NCBI GenBank assembly: GCA_963771465.1
Contig: CAVYTU010000011.1
Span: 192,001-256,000, forward strand
Origin: an uncultured delta proteobacterium
GTDB taxonomy: Bacteria; Desulfobacterota; Binatia; UBA9968
Length of the DNA stretch: 64,000 nucleotides
Reading direction: 5' to 3'
In this document: positions 19,596 through 28,497 of the stretch, piece after piece
Position numbering within the stretch: the first letter of the stretch is position 1
Layout of the letters: each line of letters opens with the position of its first letter
The notes under the pieces: model-generated
Told to the model about the DNA's origin: nothing
Databases searched by the model: none
The model's input: only the letters and a program-made list of their open reading frames with translations
Made by a program: the position numbers and the translations under genes

Positions 19596-19967
19596 TCATG
19601 AGTCCATGGATGCCGGTGATGGCAGCATTTTATGTTTGCTTCCCACCATCCGAGAAAGAAAATTGTAATCGCAGCCTTCACAAAGAAGCGCTGAGAGCGG
19701 TAATTGCTCGGCGCAGTTCGGGCAGTTCTTTTGCGCCGCGATACGTTGGCTTGCAAATAACCGATTGGCAACGAAATTATTCGTAAGAGCGCTTTCCACT
19801 ATAGAAGATTTACAAAAACTATCATATTTCCTTTTTGCTATCCGGGCCATCAGAAAAACAATGATCAATGCGATAGCAGAAAATTGTAGAATATTTAAGT
19901 CTCCGGTCATCACGAGTGTGCTCCCATCCGTCATCACGAGTTTCACTAAGCTTAAAAATTTTTCCAT
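19596..19967 (-). CDS. Small membrane protein with C-terminal zinc ribbon
   Basis: TM segment ILQFSAIALIIVFLMA; CPNC...CEGC; AT-richer than flanks. Confidence 0.65.
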   Translation of the reverse strand: MEKFLSLVKLVMTDGSTLVMTGDLNILQFSAIALIIVFLMARIAKRKYDSFCKSSIVESALTNNFVANRLFASQRIAAQKNCPNCAEQLPLSALLCEGCDYNFLSRMVGSKHKMLPSPASMDS

Positions 19968-20295
19968 CGTCACTTCGTCGGTGTCACCGACCACTTGATG
20001 CAGAGCAACTGGGATGCCTAAAAATGGTTTTCGTGATTTTCGTAAGGATGGTATAAATTTCCTCTGATATTACATAGATATCCTCCACCAAACTGCCCCG
20101 ATTGATTCCTGGGATTGAACAACGGGTTATTTCGCCCGCGCAACTCTGCCGGATTAATGATCGAAGGTCCAATATCTGTCCGATTGCTGCCGGATACCGG
20201 CGCTATTAAGTTTTCAGCGCCAGTTGATTTGCGGCCGCTTGCTTTGCAGACTGAAGGAGCGTGACGAACGTTTATCTTGAATGCGAGGTGATGTG

Positions 20296-20871
20296 ATGAA
20301 GCTTTACTACAATCCTCGGAGTCGGGCAGTAATCGCCAGGTGGATGCTTGACGAGTGCGGTGCGGAATACGAGATCGTTCCCATCGACTTAGCAAAACGC
20401 GAGCACAAGACGTCCGAGTTCCTCAAGATCAATCCTGCGGGAAAGCTGCCCGTCCTTGTCGATGGCGACTCTAGAATTTTTGAAGGCGCGGCGATTTGCC
20501 TCTATCTTGGCGACAAGTTTCCCGAAGCCAACCTCGCTCCCAAATTTGGTGCGCCGGAACGGGGTCGCTATCTGTCGTTAATGGTCTACTCGACGTCTCA
20601 ACTCGAGCCGGCTATGGGCGACACGTTGTTGAAACTACAGTATTTGCCCCAACGCGGCTGGACCGATTTCGAGACCGCCAAGAATGTAGTCGAAGGCGAG
20701 CTCGGTGATGGTCCCTATTTGTTTGGTGATTGGTTCACCGCTGCCGACGTCATGATCGGCTCCATGTTCATCTGGAAGCGAATCTTCGGCGCTCCGCCGG
20801 ACCGGCCCAAGCTCGAAGCTTATGTGAATCGACTCCTGGCGCGCCCCAAGGCGATGAAGTTCGGCAATTGA
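20296..20871 (+). CDS. Glutathione S-transferase family protein
   Basis: MKLYYNPRSR, INPAGKLPVL, FEGAAICLYL, FTAADVMIG. Confidence 0.92.
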   Translation: MKLYYNPRSRAVIARWMLDECGAEYEIVPIDLAKREHKTSEFLKINPAGKLPVLVDGDSRIFEGAAICLYLGDKFPEANLAPKFGAPERGRYLSLMVYSTSQLEPAMGDTLLKLQYLPQRGWTDFETAKNVVEGELGDGPYLFGDWFTAADVMIGSMFIWKRIFGAPPDRPKLEAYVNRLLARPKAMKFGN

Positions 20872-21105
20872 GTAGGAGAATGTCATCGGGAATGCGCTAT
20901 TTTGGCCCCATCGTCGACGCCGGATGCAGCACACGATGCCGTCAAGAAATACTTGGCGTGCTCCTCAATTTCGCTGATTGATTTCATACAATATCGTGCG
21001 TGGATGATGACCAAATTCATCGCGGACGAGTTCCTGATGAAAACGGTCTCCGATGGCGGCTTTGCGGGACTTGCGGAGCAAGGGGTGGCGGCGGTAGATT
21101 CTGGC

Positions 21106-21942
21106 ATGGTTAATTACAATGAATACGAAGTCGACGAGCGCGATGTCGAGTATCAGCAGCAGGCAGGCAAGGCGTGGCTCGCTCGCATTTATCAACCCAA
21201 AGGAACCGGGCCGTTTCCGACCATCGTCGACGTCCACGGTGGCGCGTGGCACAACGGCGATCGGATGAACAATGCCGGTATCGATCGAGCGCTGGGGGCC
21301 AAGGGGGTCGTGGTGGCGGCTATCGATTTTCACCAGCCGCCGGAAGCGGGCTATCCCGCTTCTATTTGTGACGTGAACTTGGCGGTTCGCTGGCTCAAGG
21401 CGCACGCCGCCGAGTTCAACGGAACGACGAAGGTAGGTGCGTTCGGCAATTCCAGCGGCGGTCATCAAGTGGTGCTCAACGGGTTGCGACCGCGGCACGC
21501 GAGTTACTCTGTGTTGCCGATGCCCAACAAACCTGAAGTCGATGCCAGCCTCTCCTACGTGATCGCCGGCTGGCCGGTGATATGCCCGCTCTATCGCTTC
21601 CACTTCGCCAAAGAGTTCAACCGCGAAGAACACATCAAGGCGCACATTGAGTACTGGAAGACAGAAGAAGCGATGGCCGAAGGTAGCCCGCAGACGATCG
21701 TCGAGCACGACAAGCAGGTTGAATTGCCGCCAATCTTAATGTTGCTCAAGGCGAACGACCCAAACCATCCGTTGGAAATGCAGGAGCGCTTCATCGCGTC
21801 CTATCGCAAACGTGGCGGCAAGATCGAGGTGCATACGTTCGCCGGCTTGCCGGAACACCGCATGGTGCCGTCGCCGAGCCAGCCGGAAACGATGCGGGTG
21901 ATCGACACCATGACCGCATTCATTGGGCGGCAAACTAGCTAG
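21106..21942 (+). CDS. Alpha/beta hydrolase (Aes/HSL-like esterase)
   Basis: HGGAW oxyanion motif and GNSSGG nucleophile; start placed at MVNYNEY. Confidence 0.88.
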   Translation: MVNYNEYEVDERDVEYQQQAGKAWLARIYQPKGTGPFPTIVDVHGGAWHNGDRMNNAGIDRALGAKGVVVAAIDFHQPPEAGYPASICDVNLAVRWLKAHAAEFNGTTKVGAFGNSSGGHQVVLNGLRPRHASYSVLPMPNKPEVDASLSYVIAGWPVICPLYRFHFAKEFNREEHIKAHIEYWKTEEAMAEGSPQTIVEHDKQVELPPILMLLKANDPNHPLEMQERFIASYRKRGGKIEVHTFAGLPEHRMVPSPSQPETMRVIDTMTAFIGRQTS

Positions 21943-22112
21943 CGCTGAATCGTGGTGCTCTCAGATTGAACTTTAGAAATCAGCTGAAGCGCAGTGCCAA
22001 TCGCGGCGCGGTCTCGCCAGAGAAGTAGACTCGGTGAATTTTTTAAGCAGCCCGGGAGAATTACCGCGCTCCGCAATTCCACAAACGTGAAAGTTCGCGG
22101 TCGCCCCGACGA

Positions 22113-22718
22113 TTATTTTAGCGTCGCATAATAAACCGCGAGCTCGTCGAAGTCGGCGGGGTTGAGCGCTTTGAACATGGTTTTCTTGATCGTTTCCTGC
22201 GCGACGTCGTCGAGTTTGCGTTTGTCGCCGCCGAACAGCGCCATTTGCGTCTTGAGATAGAGCGCGGGCTGCCCCTGGAGCTTGGGAACGGCCTGAAACG
22301 CGTCGCCCTCGCCTTGAGCGCCGTGGCAAGCGGTGCATTGGGTAGCCAACGTAGTGCCGCGGCTCAGCGCTTTCGTATCGGCTTTGACCTTTGCCGGCGG
22401 TTGACGGCGTTGCACGGCGAAATAATCGGCGATCTCGTCCAGGCCAAATTGCAAAACATACTTTGCATAGGGTTCCATTTCCGGCGAGGGCCGTTTTCCC
22501 GACGCGTAGTCGTTGATCGCTTTCTTGAAATAGCTCGGCGCCATGCCCGCGAGGATCGGCACGGCGTTGCCTGGGCTGTTGCCGTTAAAACCGTGGCAGG
22601 CGCTGCACACTAGCGCCTTAGGCGCGCCGGGAGTATCGAGCGGGCCGGCGTCGCTATTGGCGGTAGCGCTAATAATCACCAATGAAATAAAGAGTGTCGT
22701 CAAATACGATTTGCCCAT
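22113..22718 (-). CDS. fccA: Diheme cytochrome c (c4/c553-like), flavocytochrome c heme subunit
   Basis: Signal peptide; CSACH and CTACH; directly downstream of the flavoprotein; GAGGAG RBS. Confidence 0.8.
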   Translation of the reverse strand: MGKSYLTTLFISLVIISATANSDAGPLDTPGAPKALVCSACHGFNGNSPGNAVPILAGMAPSYFKKAINDYASGKRPSPEMEPYAKYVLQFGLDEIADYFAVQRRQPPAKVKADTKALSRGTTLATQCTACHGAQGEGDAFQAVPKLQGQPALYLKTQMALFGGDKRKLDDVAQETIKKTMFKALNPADFDELAVYYATLK

Positions 22719-22731
22719 GGCCGTCTCCTCA

Positions 22732-23976
22732 TCAAGCCAAGATGTCGTTCCAAATACTGGCACGCCAGGATAGCGAGTTTTCCGCGACCGCGACGCTTTT
22801 GCCAGGCGTGAGTTTTTGTTCGATCTGCACGACCTTGCCATTTTCGATCTTATAAGAGTTGACCACGGCTATGGCTTCCTTGTCACTGACCCAGCTGTAG
22901 CAAGTGTTGCCCGGCGCAATGACCGGCGGTTCCTTGCCGTTGAGCCGACTGACGACCGCCGTGGCGCAAATTTTACCCATCGCGTTGGCGACGTTGCCCG
23001 ACTTGGGCACAGGCAAGCCGATGGTCGCGTCGCCGACGACGTGGATGTTTTTCTGCTTCGCCGACTCGTAGGTCACATGGTCGACTTCGCACCAACGTTT
23101 ATCGCCGCCGACCAGATCGGCGTCTACGGCGATGGCGCCGGCGCGTTGCGGCGGGATGACGTTGACGACGTCGTACTTCACTTTGTCGCCGCTGTCGGTG
23201 GTGACTTCCTTGGCGCCGACGTCGATCTTTTCGATCTTCTGCGCCGGGCGGTAGTCGAGATTCGCGCTGTAGTCTTTAAAGACCGCTTTGAACAAAGCGG
23301 TCTTGGAAACGATGTCTTTGTTGGCGTCGAGGACGATCAACTTTGATTTCGGTTTCCTGGTCTTCAAATACCAGCCGATCATCGAGGCGCGCTCATAGGG
23401 ACCGGGCGGGCAGCGGTAAGCAACTGGTGGCGCGGTCATGACAACCACGCCGCCGTCGGACATTGACTGGATTTGCTTGGCGAGTTGCACTGTTTGTGGC
23501 CCGGCTTTCCAGGCGTGCAGCACGGTATCTTTCGCCGCCGCCAAGCCTTCGATTTGCTCCCATTGGAAATCGATACCAGGGGAAACGATCAACCGGTCAT
23601 ATTCGAGCGAGTCTTTACCGACGCGCACGCGCTTCTTGTCGGGTTCGATTGCCATGGCGGCTTCGTGGCGAATTCTCACGCCATGTTTTCTCAGGCCGTC
23701 GTAGGTCATGGTCAAGTTCTTGAGCGACTCGACGCCGGCGAGAACCAGATTGCTGAACGGACAGGAAATGAATTCCTTGTTCGGTTCGAGCAAGGTCACT
23801 TCGATGGATGGATCGATCAAGCGCAGATACTTTGCCGCCGTTGCGCCGCCCCAGCCGCCGCCGATGACGATGACTCGGCGTCGCGCCTGGCCGAACAGCG
23901 GTGCTTGCATAGCGCCGAAAGCGGCGACTCCTAGCCCGGAAGTTTTGAGAAATTGTCTTCGACTGAGTTGTTTCAT
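22732..23976 (-). CDS. fccB: Flavocytochrome c sulfide dehydrogenase flavoprotein (FccB/SoxF)
   Basis: Tat signal SRRQFLK, GGGWGGATAA, CPFSN, YRCPPGPYERA, PKSG, NTCYS. Confidence 0.9.
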   Translation of the reverse strand: MKQLSRRQFLKTSGLGVAAFGAMQAPLFGQARRRVIVIGGGWGGATAAKYLRLIDPSIEVTLLEPNKEFISCPFSNLVLAGVESLKNLTMTYDGLRKHGVRIRHEAAMAIEPDKKRVRVGKDSLEYDRLIVSPGIDFQWEQIEGLAAAKDTVLHAWKAGPQTVQLAKQIQSMSDGGVVVMTAPPVAYRCPPGPYERASMIGWYLKTRKPKSKLIVLDANKDIVSKTALFKAVFKDYSANLDYRPAQKIEKIDVGAKEVTTDSGDKVKYDVVNVIPPQRAGAIAVDADLVGGDKRWCEVDHVTYESAKQKNIHVVGDATIGLPVPKSGNVANAMGKICATAVVSRLNGKEPPVIAPGNTCYSWVSDKEAIAVVNSYKIENGKVVQIEQKLTPGKSVAVAENSLSWRASIWNDILA

Positions 23977-24123
23977 AGGATCGCTCCCGTCACAGAAACT
24001 TACTGGTAAAACTGGCTTGAATGGATCGGTTCGTAGATACCTGCACTGGCATTCGCTGTCAACTTGAATCTTATTCGTTGTATTGAACCATGGGAGTGGA
24101 TTGTTTAGATTCATGGCAATCTT

Positions 24124-24643
24124 ATGGGAGAGAAACAGAGTTGTTCGTTGGGTAGACGAGATTTTCTGCGCGCCGCCGCGGCTGCCGGTATCGTTGTGAC
24201 GCTCAATGAGTTTGCGCCGAGCGCACACGGCGCAGACGAGCGGCGCTGGAATGCCGTTGCCCGATGAGTTGGTCGACGCCACGCTCAAGCGTCTCTTTGG
24301 CAACCGAACTTTTCAGCGCGCCGAAGATAAGCTCAAGCTGGAGTTGCCGTTGATCGCCGAGGACGGCGGCAACGTGGCGATTACCGTGGATTCGAATCTT
24401 GCAGTTAGCGGTGCGGTAGCGGTGAACAACATCTATATCATTTCCGACAAAAACCGCCGGCCGATGTTGGCGAAGTTCTCGTTCACGCCGGATTCCGGCA
24501 GGGCGTTCGTTTCGACCGCCATCCGTCTAGCGACGACGACAGACGTGCGTGCCATCGCTGAAATGAGCGACGGCACACTTTATTCAGCGAGCAAGCATGT
24601 GCGGGTGACGATTAGCGGCTGTGATTTGCCGGCACAAAGCTAA
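24124..24643 (+). CDS. soxY: SoxY-like sulfur carrier; frameshift near 24230; atypical C-terminus
   Basis: Tat signal MGEKQSCSLGRRDFLRAAAAAG in one frame, continuing as ...LELPLIAEDGGNV...DKNRRP...IRLATTTDVRAIAEMSDG...VRVTISGC. Confidence 0.8.
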
Positions 24644-24661
24644 AAATGGATTCGTGCAAAA

Positions 24662-24697
24662 CGTTCCAATCCTTCAAGCCGTTCAAAATGTTGAATG
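24662..24697. repeat. 9-bp-periodic CGTTCAA-type repeat
   Basis: CGTTCCAAT CCTTCAAGC CGTTCAAAA TGTTGAATG. Confidence 0.55.
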
Positions 24698-24714
24698 CCG
24701 ATGAAAGTTGAGTC

Positions 24715-25047
24715 ATGGCCGAAGTAGGGAGAGTGAGCATTCGCTTGCCGTCGTCGATCAAACAAGGCGATGTGATTCGCGTGCGCACGTTGGTGATTCA
24801 TCCGATGGAGATTGTGCAGCGCGACAAAACGAACAAGATCATTCCGAAAAACTATCACTTCATCCATACCATGACGGTGGCGTTCAACGGCAAGGAAGTG
24901 ATGCGTACGGAATTCACCCAGGGGGTCACGCAGAACCCGAGTATTACCTTTCCGCTGAAAGTCGAGCGGCCGGGGAAATTGACCGTGAGCTTCGCCGATA
25001 CGTTGGGGAAGAGTTACGAGGGCGCGGCCGAGGTGAAGTTTTCCTAG
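24715..25047 (+). CDS. soxZ: SoxZ-like sulfur carrier subunit
   Basis: VRTLVIHPME, HFIH, FNGKEV, GVTQNP, GKLTVSFAD; follows soxY. Confidence 0.85.
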   Translation: MAEVGRVSIRLPSSIKQGDVIRVRTLVIHPMEIVQRDKTNKIIPKNYHFIHTMTVAFNGKEVMRTEFTQGVTQNPSITFPLKVERPGKLTVSFADTLGKSYEGAAEVKFS

Positions 25048-25060
25048 GTCATCTTACAAT

Positions 25061-25122
25061 GGTCGAGAATGGACGGTTGAGGATCGACGATGGTTTTTTT
25101 GCTCGTCGATCTTCTCCACTCG
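25061..25122. repeat. 7-bp-periodic GATCGAR-type repeat with partial inverted half
   Basis: GGTCGAG AATGGAC GGTTGAG GATCGAC GATGG ... CGATCTT CTCCACT CG. Confidence 0.5.
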
Positions 25123-25157
25123 GCTGTCGGTCGCGAAGCGCGCTTCTGCCGTCTGTT

Positions 25158-26369
25158 ATGACTGCCGTTTCACCATCGCTGGAATCCTTTCTCCACGATC
25201 AATACGACAAAGTTTTTGGCCGCCCCTGGCCGGTGTTGCCTTCCGCGTTGGTGATCGCGGCGCTCAATGTTTTTCTCTTTGCCTTCGACCGGCCGTGGAC
25301 GGCTTCGGATGGGCTGCGCCATTGGGGCGATTCCTTATTCAAAATGATCGGCGTTATCGATCAGCCTGACCTTTTGCCACCGCTGCTGTTTTCCGCATCG
25401 GTGCTCAATATTGGTTTGCTGGTCGGTGGTCTCGGCGCTGCTTTGCTCAGCCGTGAATTCGCGATTCGCTCGGCGCCGCCGAAGGAGATCGTCAAAGGCG
25501 CCGTCGGCGGGCTGATGATGGGTTTGGGCGCGATGCTGTCGTTCGGCTGCAATATTGGCGGCTTTTTTAGCGCGCTGTCGGCGCTGTCGGCGAGCGGTTT
25601 GGCGATGATGGTCGGACTTATGGCCGGCAGTTTTGCCGCCACGAGATTTATCATTCGGGAAAGAGTGCGGCAGATTGAAAAGGGGCAGATAGCGTTTATC
25701 TCGCCTTGCGAAGCGCCGCCACGGGCGGCGCCGGGTTCCGCGGCGTTCAATGCTCAGCCGCGCGCCGGCGTGCTTGTGTTCGTGCTCGTGATTGGCTTCG
25801 GTCTTCTCTACCAGCTCTGGGGTTATGGCCGGTTGGCGATGTTTTTGTACTTCGGCGTCGCTTTCGGCATTGTCCTTCAACGCTCGCGCTTCTGCTTCGT
25901 CAATGCCTTTCGCGAACCGTTCTTGAGCGGCCAAAGCGAACACACGCGGGCGGCCGCTCTGGCACTGACGCTGAGCATGATCGGCTTCGCGATTTTAAAA
26001 GCCGGCGATCTCAAAGACGCCGGCGAGTGGATATTCCCCTCGTTTTGGTTCGGCAGTTTTGTCGGTGGCGCGATTTTCGGCGCCGGCATGGTGCTCGCCG
26101 AAGGCTGCGGCGCGGGATCGATTTGGCGCTTCGGCGAAGGCCATGTAAAACTTTGGCTGGCGGTTTTCTTTTTTGCCATCGGCGCGTCAGCCATGCGGCT
26201 CGTCTTGGTACACACCGATGGGTTGCGCCAGTTGGGTGACAGCATATTTTTACCGACTGTGTTTGGCTGGACGGGAGCGCTATGGGGCGTCATTGGGTTG
26301 ATGGTTGTTTGGTATTTCCTCTCGGCGTGGAACGAGCAACGCAAACAGGTTGGCGTTTTGAAGGTCTAA
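25158..26369 (+). CDS. YeeE/YedE-family sulfur-compound transporter (two domains)
   Basis: FGCNIGGFFS, LQRSRFCF, GMVLAEGCGAG Cys motifs; start at MTAVSP. Confidence 0.9.
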   Translation: MTAVSPSLESFLHDQYDKVFGRPWPVLPSALVIAALNVFLFAFDRPWTASDGLRHWGDSLFKMIGVIDQPDLLPPLLFSASVLNIGLLVGGLGAALLSREFAIRSAPPKEIVKGAVGGLMMGLGAMLSFGCNIGGFFSALSALSASGLAMMVGLMAGSFAATRFIIRERVRQIEKGQIAFISPCEAPPRAAPGSAAFNAQPRAGVLVFVLVIGFGLLYQLWGYGRLAMFLYFGVAFGIVLQRSRFCFVNAFREPFLSGQSEHTRAAALALTLSMIGFAILKAGDLKDAGEWIFPSFWFGSFVGGAIFGAGMVLAEGCGAGSIWRFGEGHVKLWLAVFFFAIGASAMRLVLVHTDGLRQLGDSIFLPTVFGWTGALWGVIGLMVVWYFLSAWNEQRKQVGVLKV

Positions 26370-26387
26370 CTGCTAGACGAATTGACT

Positions 26388-27071
26388 ATGAATCCTCTGT
26401 CGGCAAAAGATATTCAGATCCCGGTAAACGCCAAGGCTGGCGTGGTGTCGGGGTTATTGATCAAGCCGCAGGGCGCTGCGGCGTTGCTTGTGTTAGCCCA
26501 CGGCGCCGGCGCCGGCATGCGCCATCGTTTCATGGAAGACACCGCGGCGAAGCTCACTGACGCGGGCATCGCAACTTTGCGTTATCAGTTTCCCTACATG
26601 GAAAAGCGCACCAAGCGGCCCGATTCCGAGTCGACGCTGACGGATACCGTGCGCGCGGCGCTGGCTACGGCGAAAAAAGTTGCCGGCGACCTGCCGTTGT
26701 TTGCCGGTGGTAAATCCATGGGCGGACGGATGACATCGCTGGCCGCGGCGAAGGAACCGTTGGATTCGGTGCGCGGCTTGATTTACTTCGGCTTTCCGCT
26801 TCACGCCGTGGGCAAGCCTGGCTCTGAACGCGGCGCGCATCTGGCCGAGCTCAAGTTGCCGATGCTTTTTCTCCAAGGCTCGCGCGACGCGCTGGCGGAT
26901 TTGAAACTGCTCAAGCCGTTATGCCAACAGCTCGGAAAAACTGTCGAACTTTTCGTCATCGCCGGCGGCGATCATTCGTTTCATATGCTGAAGAGCGCCA
27001 AGCGATCGGACGACGAAGCGCTTGGCGCAGCGGTCAAGAAGGCCGCGGGCTGGATGGCGAAAAATCTTTGA
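26388..27071 (+). CDS. Alpha/beta hydrolase (KANL3/Tex30-like)
   Basis: AHGAGAGM, GGKSMGGR, GFPLH, QGSRD, GGDHSF. Confidence 0.9.
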   Translation: MNPLSAKDIQIPVNAKAGVVSGLLIKPQGAAALLVLAHGAGAGMRHRFMEDTAAKLTDAGIATLRYQFPYMEKRTKRPDSESTLTDTVRAALATAKKVAGDLPLFAGGKSMGGRMTSLAAAKEPLDSVRGLIYFGFPLHAVGKPGSERGAHLAELKLPMLFLQGSRDALADLKLLKPLCQQLGKTVELFVIAGGDHSFHMLKSAKRSDDEALGAAVKKAAGWMAKNL

Positions 27072-27162
27072 AGAAAAGATCGGATGGGAATTTGGCGGCC
27101 AGCGCGCAAAGCGCGAGCACACGTACCGGTGCGCCGCTTAGAATTAATCACTCGAGATCACG

Positions 27163-27651
27163 ATGTATCCAACCAATGAGTTAACGGCGCTCGAAGCGCT
27201 CAAAGGCGACGATCCGGAATTGGCGGCGACGGCGGAGGCGATGCTGTGGGCTGCGTGGTGCCGTTCCGGCAACTCTGAAGCGGATCGGCTGTTTCGCGCC
27301 GGTGTCGACGCAATGCAGAATCGCCAGCTGGAAGAAGCGGAAGAATTATTCGGCCGGGTAGTCGGGTTGCTGCCAGCGTTTGCCGAGGGTTGGAACAAAC
27401 GGGCGACGGTGCGTTATATGCGGAAAAATTTCAAAGGTGCCATCGCCGACTGCCAGGAGACTTTAGCGCGCAATGCCAATCACTTCGGCGCGGCGTCAGG
27501 TCAAGGGCTTTGCCATATGGCGGTGAGTCAGTTTCGCGAAGCGGCGATCTGCTTTCGCCGGGCACTGGATATTCATCCGCATCTTGATGCGGTGCGTCAT
27601 AACCTGGCGATGGCGGAAGCCGAAGGCGGCGGCAGCGGCTATCTTAATTAG
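27163..27651 (+). CDS. TPR-repeat protein
   Basis: FAEGWNKRATVRY, HFGAASGQGLCH, ALDIHPHL. Confidence 0.85.
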   Translation: MYPTNELTALEALKGDDPELAATAEAMLWAAWCRSGNSEADRLFRAGVDAMQNRQLEEAEELFGRVVGLLPAFAEGWNKRATVRYMRKNFKGAIADCQETLARNANHFGAASGQGLCHMAVSQFREAAICFRRALDIHPHLDAVRHNLAMAEAEGGGSGYLN

Positions 27652-27659
27652 AGTAACAG

Positions 27660-27727
27660 GTTTCAATCGTTCAAGTCGTTCCCAGCGCTCCGGCCGTTTT
27701 CAATTCGGCAAATTCAAGCGTTCAAGG
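27660..27727. repeat. 9-bp-periodic CGTTCAA-type repeat
   Basis: GTTTCAAT CGTTCAAGT CGTTCCCAG CGCTCCGGC CGTTTTCAA ... TTCAAGCGTTCAAG. Confidence 0.55.
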
Positions 27728-27800
27728 ATTAAGCCTGCTTGACCTCGCCTGATCATGCACTCTATATAAATTGTCGACTTAATTTCTCTGGGAGGTTCGA

Positions 27801-28358
27801 ATGGCTATTCGAGTGGCTGGGATTCCTGGCAGTTTGCGAGCGGCTTCGCTTAATAAAGGTTTATTGCGGGCCGCGGTCGAGTTGGCGCCGGCCGGGATGG
27901 AAATTTCGATCTACACTCGGCTCGGCGATATTCCGCCTTATAACGACGATGTGTTCGCCCAGGGTGATCCCGAGCCGGTGGCGGATTTGAAAACATTTAT
28001 CGGCGGTGCCGATGCCATGCTGATCGTCACGCCGGAATATAACTACGGCGTCCCCGGGGTTTTGAAAAACGCCATCGACTGGGCGTCGCGGCCGACCGGC
28101 AAGTCTGTGCTCAACCGGAAGCCCGCGGCGCTGATGGGCTGTTCGCCGGGACTCGGCGGCACGATCCGCGCGCAACACGCGCTGCGCCAGTCGTTTGTCT
28201 TCACTGAGACTCACGTCATGTCGCAACCGGAGATCAAGATCCCTTCGGCGGCGCCGCTGTTCGATGCCAACGGCAAACTCACCGACGAGAAGACGCGCGA
28301 ATACGTCGGCAAATTCCTCGCAGCATTTGCCGTATGGATCGGGCGCTTCAAAGATTAA
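27801..28358 (+). CDS. NADPH-dependent FMN reductase (ChrR/SsuE family)
   Basis: GSLRAASLN, TPEYNYGVPGVLKNAIDWASRP; GGAGG RBS. Confidence 0.93.
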   Translation: MAIRVAGIPGSLRAASLNKGLLRAAVELAPAGMEISIYTRLGDIPPYNDDVFAQGDPEPVADLKTFIGGADAMLIVTPEYNYGVPGVLKNAIDWASRPTGKSVLNRKPAALMGCSPGLGGTIRAQHALRQSFVFTETHVMSQPEIKIPSAAPLFDANGKLTDEKTREYVGKFLAAFAVWIGRFKD

Positions 28359-28497
28359 ACTTCCTGCGCCAATGGCATCGCGCGGCGGCCAAGTTGTTAT
28401 TAAGGCACATTGACACCGGGCAAGGTCATCGGGTAGTCTCGCCGGCAAATCAGCAGTTGATTTCTCTAATAAACTTAAGATTACGGGAGGCGACGGT

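Noticed and set aside
20902-21105. N-terminal extension of the alpha/beta hydrolase ORF
   Set aside because: The recognisable fold starts near MVNYNEY; I could not assign the extension to any family.
24708-25157. 553-aa ORF suggesting a long N-terminal domain on YeeE
   Set aside because: The extension overlaps soxZ in another frame and crosses an intergenic repeat; the likely start is 25158.
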